The notes below the pieces were generated by a model that made no database searches, was not told the origin of the DNA, and saw nothing but the letters and a program-made list of their open reading frames with translations. From Allochromatium vinosum DSM 180 (lineage in GTDB: Bacteria > Pseudomonadota > Gammaproteobacteria > Chromatiales > Chromatiaceae), in NCBI RefSeq assembly GCF_000025485.1, contig NC_013851.1, forward strand, positions 743,154 to 783,153: DNA of 40,000 nucleotides, written 5' to 3'. The position numbers and the translations under genes were made by a program. Position 1 is the stretch's first letter, and every line of letters starts with the position of its first letter. Of the stretch, positions 28,346 to 36,725 are shown in pieces.

Positions 28346-28651
28346 GACGGGACTCCGCTTTTCCGTGTCATCAGGAGTCCTGATCATAGACGAAGTGACG
28401 GGCGTTCCGCCAAACCTGGGATGGCGTATTTCGTGTATTGTTTGGGCTTTGTCGCCGTTAGAGTGAAGATGGGCAGTCGGTCAAGGCGCGCTTGATATCG
28501 ATGGATTGTCAGCCGGACGCCCGACTCCTACACTGTGACGCATTCGTGACCCTTCCTGCCTCCGTGCCGAGGCCATGGTTTCTGTCGCGCCTCCCTCACC
28601 GTCGGCCCGACCGGGCCGCAGATCAACCCTCAACGATCAAAACGATCAACC

Positions 28652-29500
28652 ATGAACCCTCATCATCCGATCGGCGTCTTCGATTCAGGCCTGGGCGGAC
28701 TGACCGTACTGCGCGAGATCCGCCGCCTGCTGCCGGGCGAAGATCTGCTCTATGTGGCCGACTCGGCCCACGCGCCCTATGGCGACAAGTCCATGGCCTT
28801 CATCGAGTCGCGCTCCATCGCCATCACCGAATTCCTGCTCGAACGCGGCGCCAAGGCGATCGTGGTGGCCTGCAACACCGCCACCGGCGCCGCCGCGAAG
28901 CTGTTGCGCACTCAGTACAATGTCCCCCTGATCGCCATGGAGCCGGCCGTCAAGCCGGCGGTCGAACGCACGCGTTCGGGCGTGGTGGCGGTGCTGGCCA
29001 CGCGCCGGACGCTGGCCAGTCACAACTTCTCGGTGCTGCTCGGGCGGCTCGAAACCGACGCCGAGATCCTGTTGCAACCCTGTCCGGGGCTGGTCGAGCG
29101 GGTCGAGGCTGGTGATCTGGCAGGGGAGGGGACACGCGAACTGCTGCGCGGTTATCTGGAACCGTTGCTCGCGCGCGGGGCCGATACCCTGGTCCTGGGC
29201 TGCACCCACTATCCGCTGCTGACCCCCTTGATCCAGGAACTGGCCGGACCGGACGTGCTCATTCTGGACTCGGGCATCGGGGTCGCGCGTCAGGTGCGCC
29301 GCCGACTGAGCGAAGCCGAGCTACTGGCCCCGGAAGAGCGGACCGGACGCGAGCGCTTCTGGACCAGCGCGCCCCCGGCCAGGATGCACGCCCTCATGGC
29401 ACGGCTCTGGGCGGGAGAGGTCGAACTCGCGCGCTGGGTCGAGTCGGAGGCCGAGGATGACCGGAGATCCCCCGGCGATCTGGCGCTGGAGCCGACCTGA
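28652..29500 (+). CDS. murI: Glutamate racemase
   Basis: IGVFDSGLGGLTVLREI, VVACNTATG and LGCTHYPLL are the MurI signature blocks with both catalytic Cys. Confidence 0.93.
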   Translation: MNPHHPIGVFDSGLGGLTVLREIRRLLPGEDLLYVADSAHAPYGDKSMAFIESRSIAITEFLLERGAKAIVVACNTATGAAAKLLRTQYNVPLIAMEPAVKPAVERTRSGVVAVLATRRTLASHNFSVLLGRLETDAEILLQPCPGLVERVEAGDLAGEGTRELLRGYLEPLLARGADTLVLGCTHYPLLTPLIQELAGPDVLILDSGIGVARQVRRRLSEAELLAPEERTGRERFWTSAPPARMHALMARLWAGEVELARWVESEAEDDRRSPGDLALEPT

Positions 29501-29528
29501 ACCAAGGCGCCGTGTCCCGATCAGCGCA

Positions 29529-29897
29529 TCACTCCGCGCTTCGCTCGTTCCGCTCGTTCCGCTCGTTCCGCTCGTTCCGCTCGTTCCGCTCGTTCCGCTC
29601 GGCCGGAATGAGTGTCGGGACACGCGGATCGATCCCCTCCAGCATGAACACGAACGCCAGCACCTCGGCGACGGCCACATAGAGCGCGCGCGGGATCTCA
29701 GCCCCGAGCGGGATCTGCGCCAGAGCCTCCACGAGCACCGGATCGGCGCGCAGCGGGATGTCGTGCTCCTCGGCGATCTTGAGGATCTGTTCGGCGGTCA
29801 GGCCGGTTCCGGTGGCTGTGATGCGGGGAGCGTGTTCGCGGTCCCAGTGGAGCGCGACCGCCTTGGTGGTCTTGGGACGTTGAGGGGGGGCGCTCAC
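29529..29897 (-). CDS. FlhB C-terminal-domain-like protein (EscU/YscU/HrcU family, stand-alone short form)
   Basis: 122 aa. AVALHWDREHAPRITATGTGLTAEQILKIAEEHDIPLRADPVLVEAL..IPRALYVAVAEVLAFV, then a C-terminal (NER)n tail. Overlaps the fliK stop. Confidence 0.8.
   Translation of the reverse strand: MSAPPQRPKTTKAVALHWDREHAPRITATGTGLTAEQILKIAEEHDIPLRADPVLVEALAQIPLGAEIPRALYVAVAEVLAFVFMLEGIDPRVPTLIPAERNERNERNERNERNERNERSAE
29543..29601. repeat. 9-bp tandem repeat GCTCGTTCC x 6.5, in frame in the flhB-like gene
   Basis: Six perfect consecutive copies from 29543 to 29596 plus a partial copy. Encodes NERNERNERNERNERNER on the minus strand. Confidence 0.95.
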
Positions 29898-31351
29898 GCT
29901 TGCTCACGCACCAGCGGATCAGCGAAGGGCGGGGGCGGCCGTTCGAGCGGACGGTGCCCGGCATGGAGGCTGGCGACCTGGATCTCGCGTGCTTCGAGTC
30001 GAGCGCGCAAATCGCCCAGGTGCTGCTTGATTTGCTCAGCGCCATCCGGGTCCCCGGCTTGAAGGCTGGCATTGAGTCGCTCATTGCACAGTGTCAGCAC
30101 AACATTCAGCGGACCGAGCTTGGGCAGGTCGAGCCGCAGGCGCATGCTCCAGGTGTCGTGCTGCGTGTCCCCGCGCGCCTGTTCACGCCGGATGTCGGCC
30201 TCCAGCGCCTGGAGTCCTGAGGGGGTTCTGAAGGGCAGTTCCAGCAGCCACTGGGTTTGTCCGGGGGTGTTGTCGAGCGACTGGAGCTGCTTGGTGACGA
30301 CCTGTTTGAGCATGCCTTCCACGTCGCGCGCCAGACTGGCGGTGCGATGAGTGTCCTGTGCGGGGCGATGCGCCGCCTCGGTCGGCTTGTCCCCGGTCGT
30401 CACGGGTGGAGCCGGTTCCGGCGGCGCTCCCGGCCGTGGGGCGGCGGGCGCGCCCACGGGCGTTGGCGGTGCGCCGGTTTGAGGTGGGCTGGGTTGAGGC
30501 GCAGCACTCATATCGGGACGGCGACCAGCCGCCGCCGGCACACCGGGAGGCGGCAGGCCGGGAGTGCGCGTTTCCTGGACCCGCAGGCGTTGTGCGAGCG
30601 TGAGCAGTTGTGCCTTGAGATCGAGCCGCAGTCCGTTCGAGTGGGCCGGGTCGATCGCCGCTTGCGCCAAGAACGATTCCAGCCAGACTCCGGAGCGGCT
30701 GACGGCGGTTGCCAGTTGCTCGGGGTCCGTCAGCTCGGTGACGGTGGCGAGTTGAGCGATCAATGTGGTGACGGCGCGTTGGAGCTGGAGACGGCCGTTG
30801 GTCTCAGTGTTGGTGGCGCTCGTCGGGGCCGTGATGGGCGTGCCGGCGATCTCATCGGCCAGTTGCACCGCGATTCGATCCAGCGTGGCCGCGACCGGAC
30901 GTGACTCGGGCCAGTGCTGCCGGAACTGCTGTCCCAGCCACTCACGCGAGCCGGCCCCCGAGGCGGTTGGCGGACCCGGCATGGGCATGGGGCGATCCGC
31001 TACCGAAACGAGCTTCAACACCAGTGTCGGACTGGTGGCGACGACCTCGGCGCGCAATGTCGGCATCGCGCCCGATCCCGGGCGTTCATTGGCTGTGGCT
31101 TGAAGTCCGTTTGCCGGCAGGGCTGTGGTCAATTGCGCCCGGACACTGTTCGTCCAGCCGCCTGTCCCTCCGACTGGCCGCAGTCGCGTTTCGATCAGTT
31201 CGGGAGTGATCGAGCGGGCCGGCATGAGTTCGACCTGCATTCCGACCTGGAGTCGGCCGGTCAGCGCGTTCGCTGTCGAGTCGAGCGCCCGGCCTCCGAT
31301 CGGAGGATTCGCGCCGGAGCCGGAGGGCGGGAGGCGCGTCGGCTCGCTCAT
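29894..31351 (-). CDS. fliK: Flagellar hook-length control protein FliK
   Basis: Pro/Ala-rich central region and the conserved C-terminal domain (..WLLELPFRTPSGLQALEADI..LRLDLPKLGPLNVVL..LNASLQAGD..). Start chosen at ATG 31351 (GGAG 5 nt upstream), just after the flgN stop. Confidence 0.85.
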   Translation of the reverse strand: MSEPTRLPPSGSGANPPIGGRALDSTANALTGRLQVGMQVELMPARSITPELIETRLRPVGGTGGWTNSVRAQLTTALPANGLQATANERPGSGAMPTLRAEVVATSPTLVLKLVSVADRPMPMPGPPTASGAGSREWLGQQFRQHWPESRPVAATLDRIAVQLADEIAGTPITAPTSATNTETNGRLQLQRAVTTLIAQLATVTELTDPEQLATAVSRSGVWLESFLAQAAIDPAHSNGLRLDLKAQLLTLAQRLRVQETRTPGLPPPGVPAAAGRRPDMSAAPQPSPPQTGAPPTPVGAPAAPRPGAPPEPAPPVTTGDKPTEAAHRPAQDTHRTASLARDVEGMLKQVVTKQLQSLDNTPGQTQWLLELPFRTPSGLQALEADIRREQARGDTQHDTWSMRLRLDLPKLGPLNVVLTLCNERLNASLQAGDPDGAEQIKQHLGDLRARLEAREIQVASLHAGHRPLERPPPPFADPLVREQA

Positions 31352-31367
31352 GGATGCTCCGAGCGCC

Positions 31368-31832
31368 TCACGCCTGGCTGATGGTGCGTCCGCGCTGACC
31401 GCTGGAAGCGGCCCGGCCCCGTGGGTCATAGGTGGCGCCGGTGTCCTCGCCCTTGAGCAGTCGCAGGGTCATGGCGACACGTCGCTGGTCTCGCTCGATC
31501 AGACGGGCGTTGTCACTATTGAGCCGATCGCAGCGGCGTGTGTGGTCGAGCAGGGTCGACCAGCGGGTTCCGAGTTGGTCGGCCTGATCGTGGGCCTGGA
31601 TGAATCGCTCCAGGCCATCGGGCGTGAAGCCGAAACCAGCGGCCTCGATCCAGCGTTTCTGCTGCGCGGTCTCGTTCTCCAGGCGGGCCAGGAGACCTCG
31701 CTTGGCATCGACGATCTGCTGGAGTCCATCGGGATCCCTGGACTCGATCGCCCGCAGTTCATCCAGCATCAGTTCCGCGAGTCGGCGCATGTCCTCGATG
31801 GACCTGTCGAGTGACGCGACGAATGCCCCCAT
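31368..31832 (-). CDS. flgN: FlgN-family flagellar export chaperone
   Basis: Position after flgM and an FlgN-like helical pattern (LMLDELRAIESRDPDGLQQIVDAKRGLLARLE..). Start uncertain: ATG 31832, or TTG 31877 overlapping the flgM stop. Confidence 0.75.
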   Translation of the reverse strand: MGAFVASLDRSIEDMRRLAELMLDELRAIESRDPDGLQQIVDAKRGLLARLENETAQQKRWIEAAGFGFTPDGLERFIQAHDQADQLGTRWSTLLDHTRRCDRLNSDNARLIERDQRRVAMTLRLLKGEDTGATYDPRGRAASSGQRGRTISQA

Positions 31833-31873
31833 ATCATTCGCGCCTGATGCCTGACTCGGATCGTTCCGGGCGT

Positions 31874-32179
31874 TCAAGTGAACACGCCCTCAAAGTCGAG
31901 AATGCTCTTGGCCAGACGCTGATTGTCGATCGTGTAACGACCCTCGGCGATGGCCGACTTGATCTCGGCCACGCGGGTCTTGTCGATGGGGGCATCCTGC
32001 GCGCCTCCACGTAAAGAACTCAGGGTCTTGGCCGTATCTGTGAGTGTGACGGATTCGCCCGCCGCCTCCTTGGGCGTGACCGGAGTTTGATCGGCTTGCA
32101 AGGGACTGCCACGCGGCTTGCCCCCTGCCGCCGGTCCATCGGTGCGCAGGTTGTTTCCAATGGGAAGCTTGATATCCAT
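31874..32179 (-). CDS. flgM: Anti-sigma-28 factor FlgM
   Basis: 101 aa. The C-terminal DKTRVAEIKSAIAEGRYTIDNQRLAKSILDFE is the conserved FlgM sigma-28-binding region. Confidence 0.9.
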   Translation of the reverse strand: MDIKLPIGNNLRTDGPAAGGKPRGSPLQADQTPVTPKEAAGESVTLTDTAKTLSSLRGGAQDAPIDKTRVAEIKSAIAEGRYTIDNQRLAKSILDFEGVFT

Positions 32180-32215
32180 GGGCTGAGTCCAGAGTCGATT
32201 GGGGTACGCCTATGA

Positions 32216-32242
32216 ATATCGGCGATGGGTTGGAAAACTGTA
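32216..32242 (-). promoter_or_regulatory. Sigma-28 (FliA) promoter upstream of flgM
   Basis: Minus strand TACAGTTT-11 nt-GCCGATAT versus consensus TAAAGTTT-N11-GCCGATAA. About 37 nt upstream of the flgM ATG. Confidence 0.75.
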
Positions 32243-32285
32243 GAGCATGATTGGATCTTCGTCGTTCATTGACGCTGGTTTACCA

Positions 32286-33023
32286 TCATAATGCGACGCG
32301 CACGGCACCGGAAGGTTCGACATAGCCTTCGACGATCCGTTTCGACGACGTGTTGCGCACCCGGATGCGCTCACCTTCGACGCCATTCTCCAGGGCGGTT
32401 CCCTTCATCCGCACGACCAGACCGGGGCGTGCCGAGAAGAGTGTCACCTCCTGGCCGCGTTCGACGATCCGACGCTGGGTGACGTGGGCGCTGGTGAGCA
32501 CCTGGCCGGGCATCAGACGACGGCGCGAGGCCAGACCGACGACGTCACTGGCCTCGGTGAAGTAGCCGTTGGTCAGGGTCGAGACGGCCTGACGCTCGAT
32601 TCGGATGTCGTCGGGACCGATGACCTGTTGACGACTGATCGGACGTTCGAGTACCACGACCGGCAGATGACGCTCGATGCGTGCCGGGACGAACAGTGAC
32701 CAGCTCACAGGGTCGGAGCAGCGAACATTGATGGTGGTATGGCCATCGGTGCGTGCCCCTGGGGCGAGTTGAGCGGTCGGTGGGTGGGCGCAGCGTGTCA
32801 GTTGCAATCGGCTGTCGAGTTGCCCGATCTCGATCAGGGTCTCCTGATCGGGGGACGTGCCGGCCGTTGCGGCGGCGAAGGCGCGCGCGGTGTTCAGGAT
32901 GCGTTCCACGGGTTCGATGTCCGACCCCAGGGCGGGCTGGAGCAGTCCGGCCGCGATCAGGGCGCATCCGATGGTGCGCGCTCGAAGGCGGGACTGGAAC
33001 GTCTGGGTCGTCGTCACTGTCAT
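32286..33023 (-). CDS. flgA: Flagellar P-ring assembly chaperone FlgA
   Basis: Start ATG 33023 (GAGGAG 7 nt upstream). Signal-peptide-like N-terminus, SAF-type C-terminal region ..GQEVTLFSARPGLVVRMKGTALENGVEGERIRVRN... Confidence 0.85.
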   Translation of the reverse strand: MTVTTTQTFQSRLRARTIGCALIAAGLLQPALGSDIEPVERILNTARAFAAATAGTSPDQETLIEIGQLDSRLQLTRCAHPPTAQLAPGARTDGHTTINVRCSDPVSWSLFVPARIERHLPVVVLERPISRQQVIGPDDIRIERQAVSTLTNGYFTEASDVVGLASRRRLMPGQVLTSAHVTQRRIVERGQEVTLFSARPGLVVRMKGTALENGVEGERIRVRNTSSKRIVEGYVEPSGAVRVAL

Positions 33024-33207
33024 GATGCGGCTCCTCGCGTGGCTGACTTGGCTGAAATCATGCATGAACCGCGCCGGCTCACAGCGGGTGCTTGGCGGAC
33101 GAACGGTCGATGTCGAGCGCGTCGAGCCGCTTCGTGGCTGCTACACTGGCCATCGGTGGTTGTGAGGCGGGCCTTTAGCGAATGACATCAATGAGGGTGT
33201 GGGTGAG

Positions 33208-34131
33208 ATGAGTCAATTTATCGAGGATATCGATCAGCGAACCCGCCTGGTCGGACAGAACCGCATGGAACTGCTGCTGTTCTATCTCGGTGGTCGGCAG
33301 ATCTTCGGCATCAATGTCTTCAAGGTCCGCGAGGTCATCGCCAAGCCGACCCTGAGACATCTGCCAGGCTCCAGCCCCATGGTCTGCGGTGTGGCCAACA
33401 TCCGCGGACGCACGGTCTCGGTGGTCGATCTGGCGCGCGCCATCGGTTTCGATCCGCTCCCGGTCGATCAGAACAACGACGCCAAGGTGATCGTGACCGA
33501 GTTCAACCGTTCGGTACAGGGTTTCTGGGTCTCGGCGGTCGACCGTATCGTCAACGTCAACTGGGAGACGGTCAAGCCGCCCCCGCGCGGCACCGAGCGC
33601 GAGAGCTATCTGGTGGCCGTCACCGAGGTCGATGGTCAACTGGTCGAGATCATCGATGTCGAGCGTGTCTTCGCCCAGATCAACAATCTCTCGACGGACG
33701 TCTCGGCCGAGGTGCAGAAGTTGGCCGAGGAGGTTCCGCACGACAGGCGCATCCTGGTCGTCGACGACTCGCTGGTGGCCCGCAAGCAGATCGAGCGCGC
33801 CATCACGGCGCTGGGGTTCCGCACCGAGAGCCGCTCCGACGGCAAGGCGGCGCTGGAGTATCTGGAGGAACTGGCGGAGGCCGATATGGTCGATGCCTCG
33901 ATCGAGCTGGTGATCGCCGATATCGAGATGCCGCGCATGGATGGCTATACCCTGACACGCAAGATCCGCGAACATGCCAAGCTCAAGCATCTGTGCGTGA
34001 TCCTGCATTCTTCGCTGAGCGGTCAATTCAATGTCGATATGGTCAAGCGGGCCGGGGCCGACGATTTTCTGGCCAAATTCGATCCGAACGAACTGGGGGC
34101 GACCGTGCTCAAGTATGCGCGGCATGATTGA
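33208..34131 (+). CDS. cheV: Chemotaxis coupling protein CheV (CheW-like + receiver domain)
   Basis: CheW-like N-terminus (MELLLFYLGGRQIFGINVFKVREV..) followed by a REC domain (ILVVDDS..ADIEMPRMDGY..K). Confidence 0.9.
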   Translation: MSQFIEDIDQRTRLVGQNRMELLLFYLGGRQIFGINVFKVREVIAKPTLRHLPGSSPMVCGVANIRGRTVSVVDLARAIGFDPLPVDQNNDAKVIVTEFNRSVQGFWVSAVDRIVNVNWETVKPPPRGTERESYLVAVTEVDGQLVEIIDVERVFAQINNLSTDVSAEVQKLAEEVPHDRRILVVDDSLVARKQIERAITALGFRTESRSDGKAALEYLEELAEADMVDASIELVIADIEMPRMDGYTLTRKIREHAKLKHLCVILHSSLSGQFNVDMVKRAGADDFLAKFDPNELGATVLKYARHD

Positions 34132-34961
34132 TATGGGGCGGGTTCGTGATTGACGCGCAGGATTACGCCGAGTTCGCTCGGTTTCTGTCAGAGTGCTGCG
34201 GCCTGGTGCTGGGCGAGAACCGTCAGTATCTCGTCGCCAGCCGTCTGTCGCGTCTGCTCGGCGAGTTCGGCTATCAGAAGGTCGAGGATCTGTTGCGGGC
34301 GCTGCGCCAGTCGGGCAATCCGACGCTCAAGTCGCGCGTCATCGACGCCATGACGACCAACGAGACCTCCTGGTTTCGCGACGGCTATCCATTCGAGATC
34401 CTGCGACAGGTGGTGCTGCCCGAGCTGGAGGCGCGCAAGAAACCCATCCGCATCTGGTCGGCGGCCTGTTCCAGCGGCCAGGAGCCCTACAGCATCGCCA
34501 TGGTGGTCGCCGAGTGGGAGTCGAGCTTTCCGCCCAAATCCTCGCCGGTCAGCATCCTGGCCACGGATCTGTCCGAGAGCGTGCTGGCCGAGGCCCGCAG
34601 CGGTCTCTATGACGGGCTGAGCATCGTGCGTGGCCTGACACCGGAGCGGCGTCAGAAATATTTCGACACGCTCGAGAACGGCCATCGCATCAAGCCCGAC
34701 ATCCAGCGCCGGGTGCGCTTCCAGAAGCTCAATCTGATGGATTCCTTCAGCCTGCTGGGCAAGTTCGATGTCGTCTTCTGTCGCAATGTCCTGATCTATT
34801 TCTCGGCCGACACCAAGCGTCGGATCTTTGACGGTATGGCGCGGCAGATGGATCCGGGTGGCTATCTCTTCGTCGGTGCCTCGGAGTCGGTGAGTTCCTA
34901 CACCGAGGCCTTCGAGATCGTGCGCACACCTCAGGGCAGCCTGCTGCGGCGCCGGCCGTAG
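34128..34961 (+). CDS. cheR: Chemotaxis protein methyltransferase CheR
   Basis: ETSWFRD, the SAM-binding IWSAACSSGQEPYSIAM and FCRNVLIYF motifs. The start codon is uncertain (TTG 34128 or GTG 34146). Confidence 0.9.
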   Translation: MIWGGFVIDAQDYAEFARFLSECCGLVLGENRQYLVASRLSRLLGEFGYQKVEDLLRALRQSGNPTLKSRVIDAMTTNETSWFRDGYPFEILRQVVLPELEARKKPIRIWSAACSSGQEPYSIAMVVAEWESSFPPKSSPVSILATDLSESVLAEARSGLYDGLSIVRGLTPERRQKYFDTLENGHRIKPDIQRRVRFQKLNLMDSFSLLGKFDVVFCRNVLIYFSADTKRRIFDGMARQMDPGGYLFVGASESVSSYTEAFEIVRTPQGSLLRRRP

Positions 34962-35052
34962 ACTCCAGGGTGCCACGATTCGCGCCGAGCCTACCGGAGG
35001 TTCGGCCTCTCTCCTCCGGGATGTCCGTCCCGGCGTCCTGACTGTCATTGTC

Positions 35053-35068
35053 TGGCATGTTGTTTGCA
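35053..35068 (+). promoter_or_regulatory. Sigma-54 promoter upstream of flgB
   Basis: TGGCAT-GTTGT-TTGCA matches the -24/-12 consensus TGGCAC-N5-TTGCA. About 37 nt upstream of the flgB ATG. Confidence 0.75.
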
Positions 35069-35104
35069 ATTCAGCAGACAACCCTCGTTGCGGATGCCAG
35101 TGCC

Positions 35105-35512
35105 ATGAGTCTCTCGCTCGACAAAGCCTTTGGAGTCCTGCCCTCGGCGGTGCTCATCAAAGCCCGTCGGGCAGAGCTGTTGGCTTCCAATCTCGCCAAC
35201 GTCGACACGCCGAATTACAAGTCGCGCGATTTCCATTTCACCGAAGTGCTCGCCGAAGTCGAGGGAATGAGCAATCGGATGAAGCTGGCGACGACCCGCG
35301 CCAATCATTTGACCAACGAGATCGACAAATCCAGGGCGCTGGAGCCGGAGTTGCTCTATCGCATCCCGGCGCAACCCTCGCTCGACGGTAACACCGTCGA
35401 TCCGCAGCTCGAACGCGCTGCTTTCACCGAAAACACCACGCACTATCAAAGTACGCTCGAATTCCTCGATCGTCGCGTGTCGAGTCTGCGCAAGGCGCTG
35501 AGTAAGGAGTGA
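35105..35512 (+). CDS. flgB: Flagellar basal-body rod protein FlgB
   Basis: MSLSLDKAFG..RAELLASNLANVDTPNYKSRD. Start placed at ATG 35105, downstream of the sigma-54 promoter. Confidence 0.92.
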   Translation: MSLSLDKAFGVLPSAVLIKARRAELLASNLANVDTPNYKSRDFHFTEVLAEVEGMSNRMKLATTRANHLTNEIDKSRALEPELLYRIPAQPSLDGNTVDPQLERAAFTENTTHYQSTLEFLDRRVSSLRKALSKE

Positions 35513-35516
35513 TGTC

Positions 35517-35936
35517 ATGAGCGATCTGTTCCGTATCTTCAATACATCAGCCTCGGCACTGACGGCACAGTCCGTGCGGCTCAATACCGTAGCCTCGAAT
35601 ATGGCGAATGCCGCCATGACGGCGTCGACAGCCGAGGATACCTATCGTGCGAAACACGTTCTTTTTCAGACCGTGATCGATCAGGAAGATCCCAATGGCG
35701 TGGCCATGCCGGTGCGGGTCGCGGGCATCGTCGATGACGAATGTGAGCCGATCCCGACCTATGAACCCAATCACCCCCATGCCAATGAAGAAGGCTATGT
35801 CTTTCGGCCTGCGATCAACGTGGTCGAAGAGATGGCCAACATGATGTCGGCCTCGCGTAGCTACGAAGCCAATGTCGAGGTGCTGACGACTGCGCGCTCT
35901 CTGTTGCAGCGCACACTGCAAGTCGGTCAGAGCTGA
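35517..35936 (+). CDS. flgC: Flagellar basal-body rod protein FlgC
   Basis: 139 aa. FNTSASALTAQSVRLNTVASNMANA and the C-terminal SYEANVEVL motifs. Confidence 0.95.
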   Translation: MSDLFRIFNTSASALTAQSVRLNTVASNMANAAMTASTAEDTYRAKHVLFQTVIDQEDPNGVAMPVRVAGIVDDECEPIPTYEPNHPHANEEGYVFRPAINVVEEMANMMSASRSYEANVEVLTTARSLLQRTLQVGQS

Positions 35937-35975
35937 TCGGGATAACACACGAATGATGGCCCAGGAGCCTTCACC

Positions 35976-36686
35976 ATGACTGCATTGACCACGGATTATT
36001 TGAACAGCCTCGGGTTGACCGGCTATAACACCACGAATTCGACCACCGGAACCGCTGCTGGCACGGCTTCCACCGGGAGCGGCAACAACGCGCTGGGTCA
36101 ATCGGATTTTCTCAAATTGATGATCACCCAATTGACCAATCAGGATCCGACCAACCCGGTCGAGAACGAAGATTTCGCCTCTCAAATGGCGCAATTTTCG
36201 ACCCTGACAGGCATCGAGGAGCTGACGAGTTCATTCGAAACGCTTTCCAAGACCCTCTTGCAGGGTCAAACCGTTGAGGCGGCAACACTGGTCGGTCAAA
36301 GCGTTCTGGTTCCGGCAAGCAAAGCGGACGTTTCGGCGGGGCAGAAAGTAAGTGGAGCGGTCGATCTGACGGCTTCGGCGACTCAGGTTTCGGTGAACAT
36401 CCAGGATGCGACCGGCCAACTGGTTCAAACCCTGGATCTGGGCAACCAGAGTGCCGGTCTGATCGATTTCGAGTGGGATGGGTTGCTGGCGAACGGTTCG
36501 GCGGCGCCGGCTGGCACCTATTCGTTCAGTGTCACCGCTCAGCGCAATGGTCAGACCGAAGCACTCGAAACACTACTCGATGGTCAGGTCAAGAGTGTCT
36601 CCCTGGACAGCGGTACGGGCGCACTCATGCTCGATGTGCAGGGTCTGGGTTCAGTTGGTTTTTCAAGCCTCAAACGTGTCGGTTAG
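35976..36686 (+). CDS. flgD: Flagellar hook capping/assembly protein FlgD
   Basis: [42 protein letters not shown] is the FlgD signature. AGGAG RBS. Confidence 0.95.
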   Translation: MTALTTDYLNSLGLTGYNTTNSTTGTAAGTASTGSGNNALGQSDFLKLMITQLTNQDPTNPVENEDFASQMAQFSTLTGIEELTSSFETLSKTLLQGQTVEAATLVGQSVLVPASKADVSAGQKVSGAVDLTASATQVSVNIQDATGQLVQTLDLGNQSAGLIDFEWDGLLANGSAAPAGTYSFSVTAQRNGQTEALETLLDGQVKSVSLDSGTGALMLDVQGLGSVGFSSLKRVG

Positions 36687-36725
36687 TGATCTGGTCCTTC
36701 AGGCATCACAGCAGGAGATAATCTC

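Noticed and set aside
28456-28465. Second partial match to the pseudo-spacer (CGTTAGAGTG versus AGTTACAGTG) about 110 bp upstream of cas3
   Set aside because: Position 1 mismatches and the preceding bases (CGC) are not an AAG-type PAM. Only 8 paired positions match, which could be chance. Worth testing only if the primary site is validated.
28492-29115. 207-aa plus-strand ORF starting upstream of murI
   Set aside because: It is out of frame with the well-supported murI ORF (28652-29500) and gives a Pro/Arg-rich nonsense-like sequence.
29457-30062. Plus-strand ORF with an LVPLVPLVPLVP repeat
   Set aside because: It is the mirror translation of the 9-bp tandem repeat on the non-coding strand of the flhB-like gene, with no other support.
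34966-34985. TGCCAC-N5-GCGC sigma-54-like sequence just downstream of cheR
   Set aside because: The -24 and -12 elements both deviate (no GG/TTGC pair at the correct spacing). A much better sigma-54 site exists at 35053-35068.
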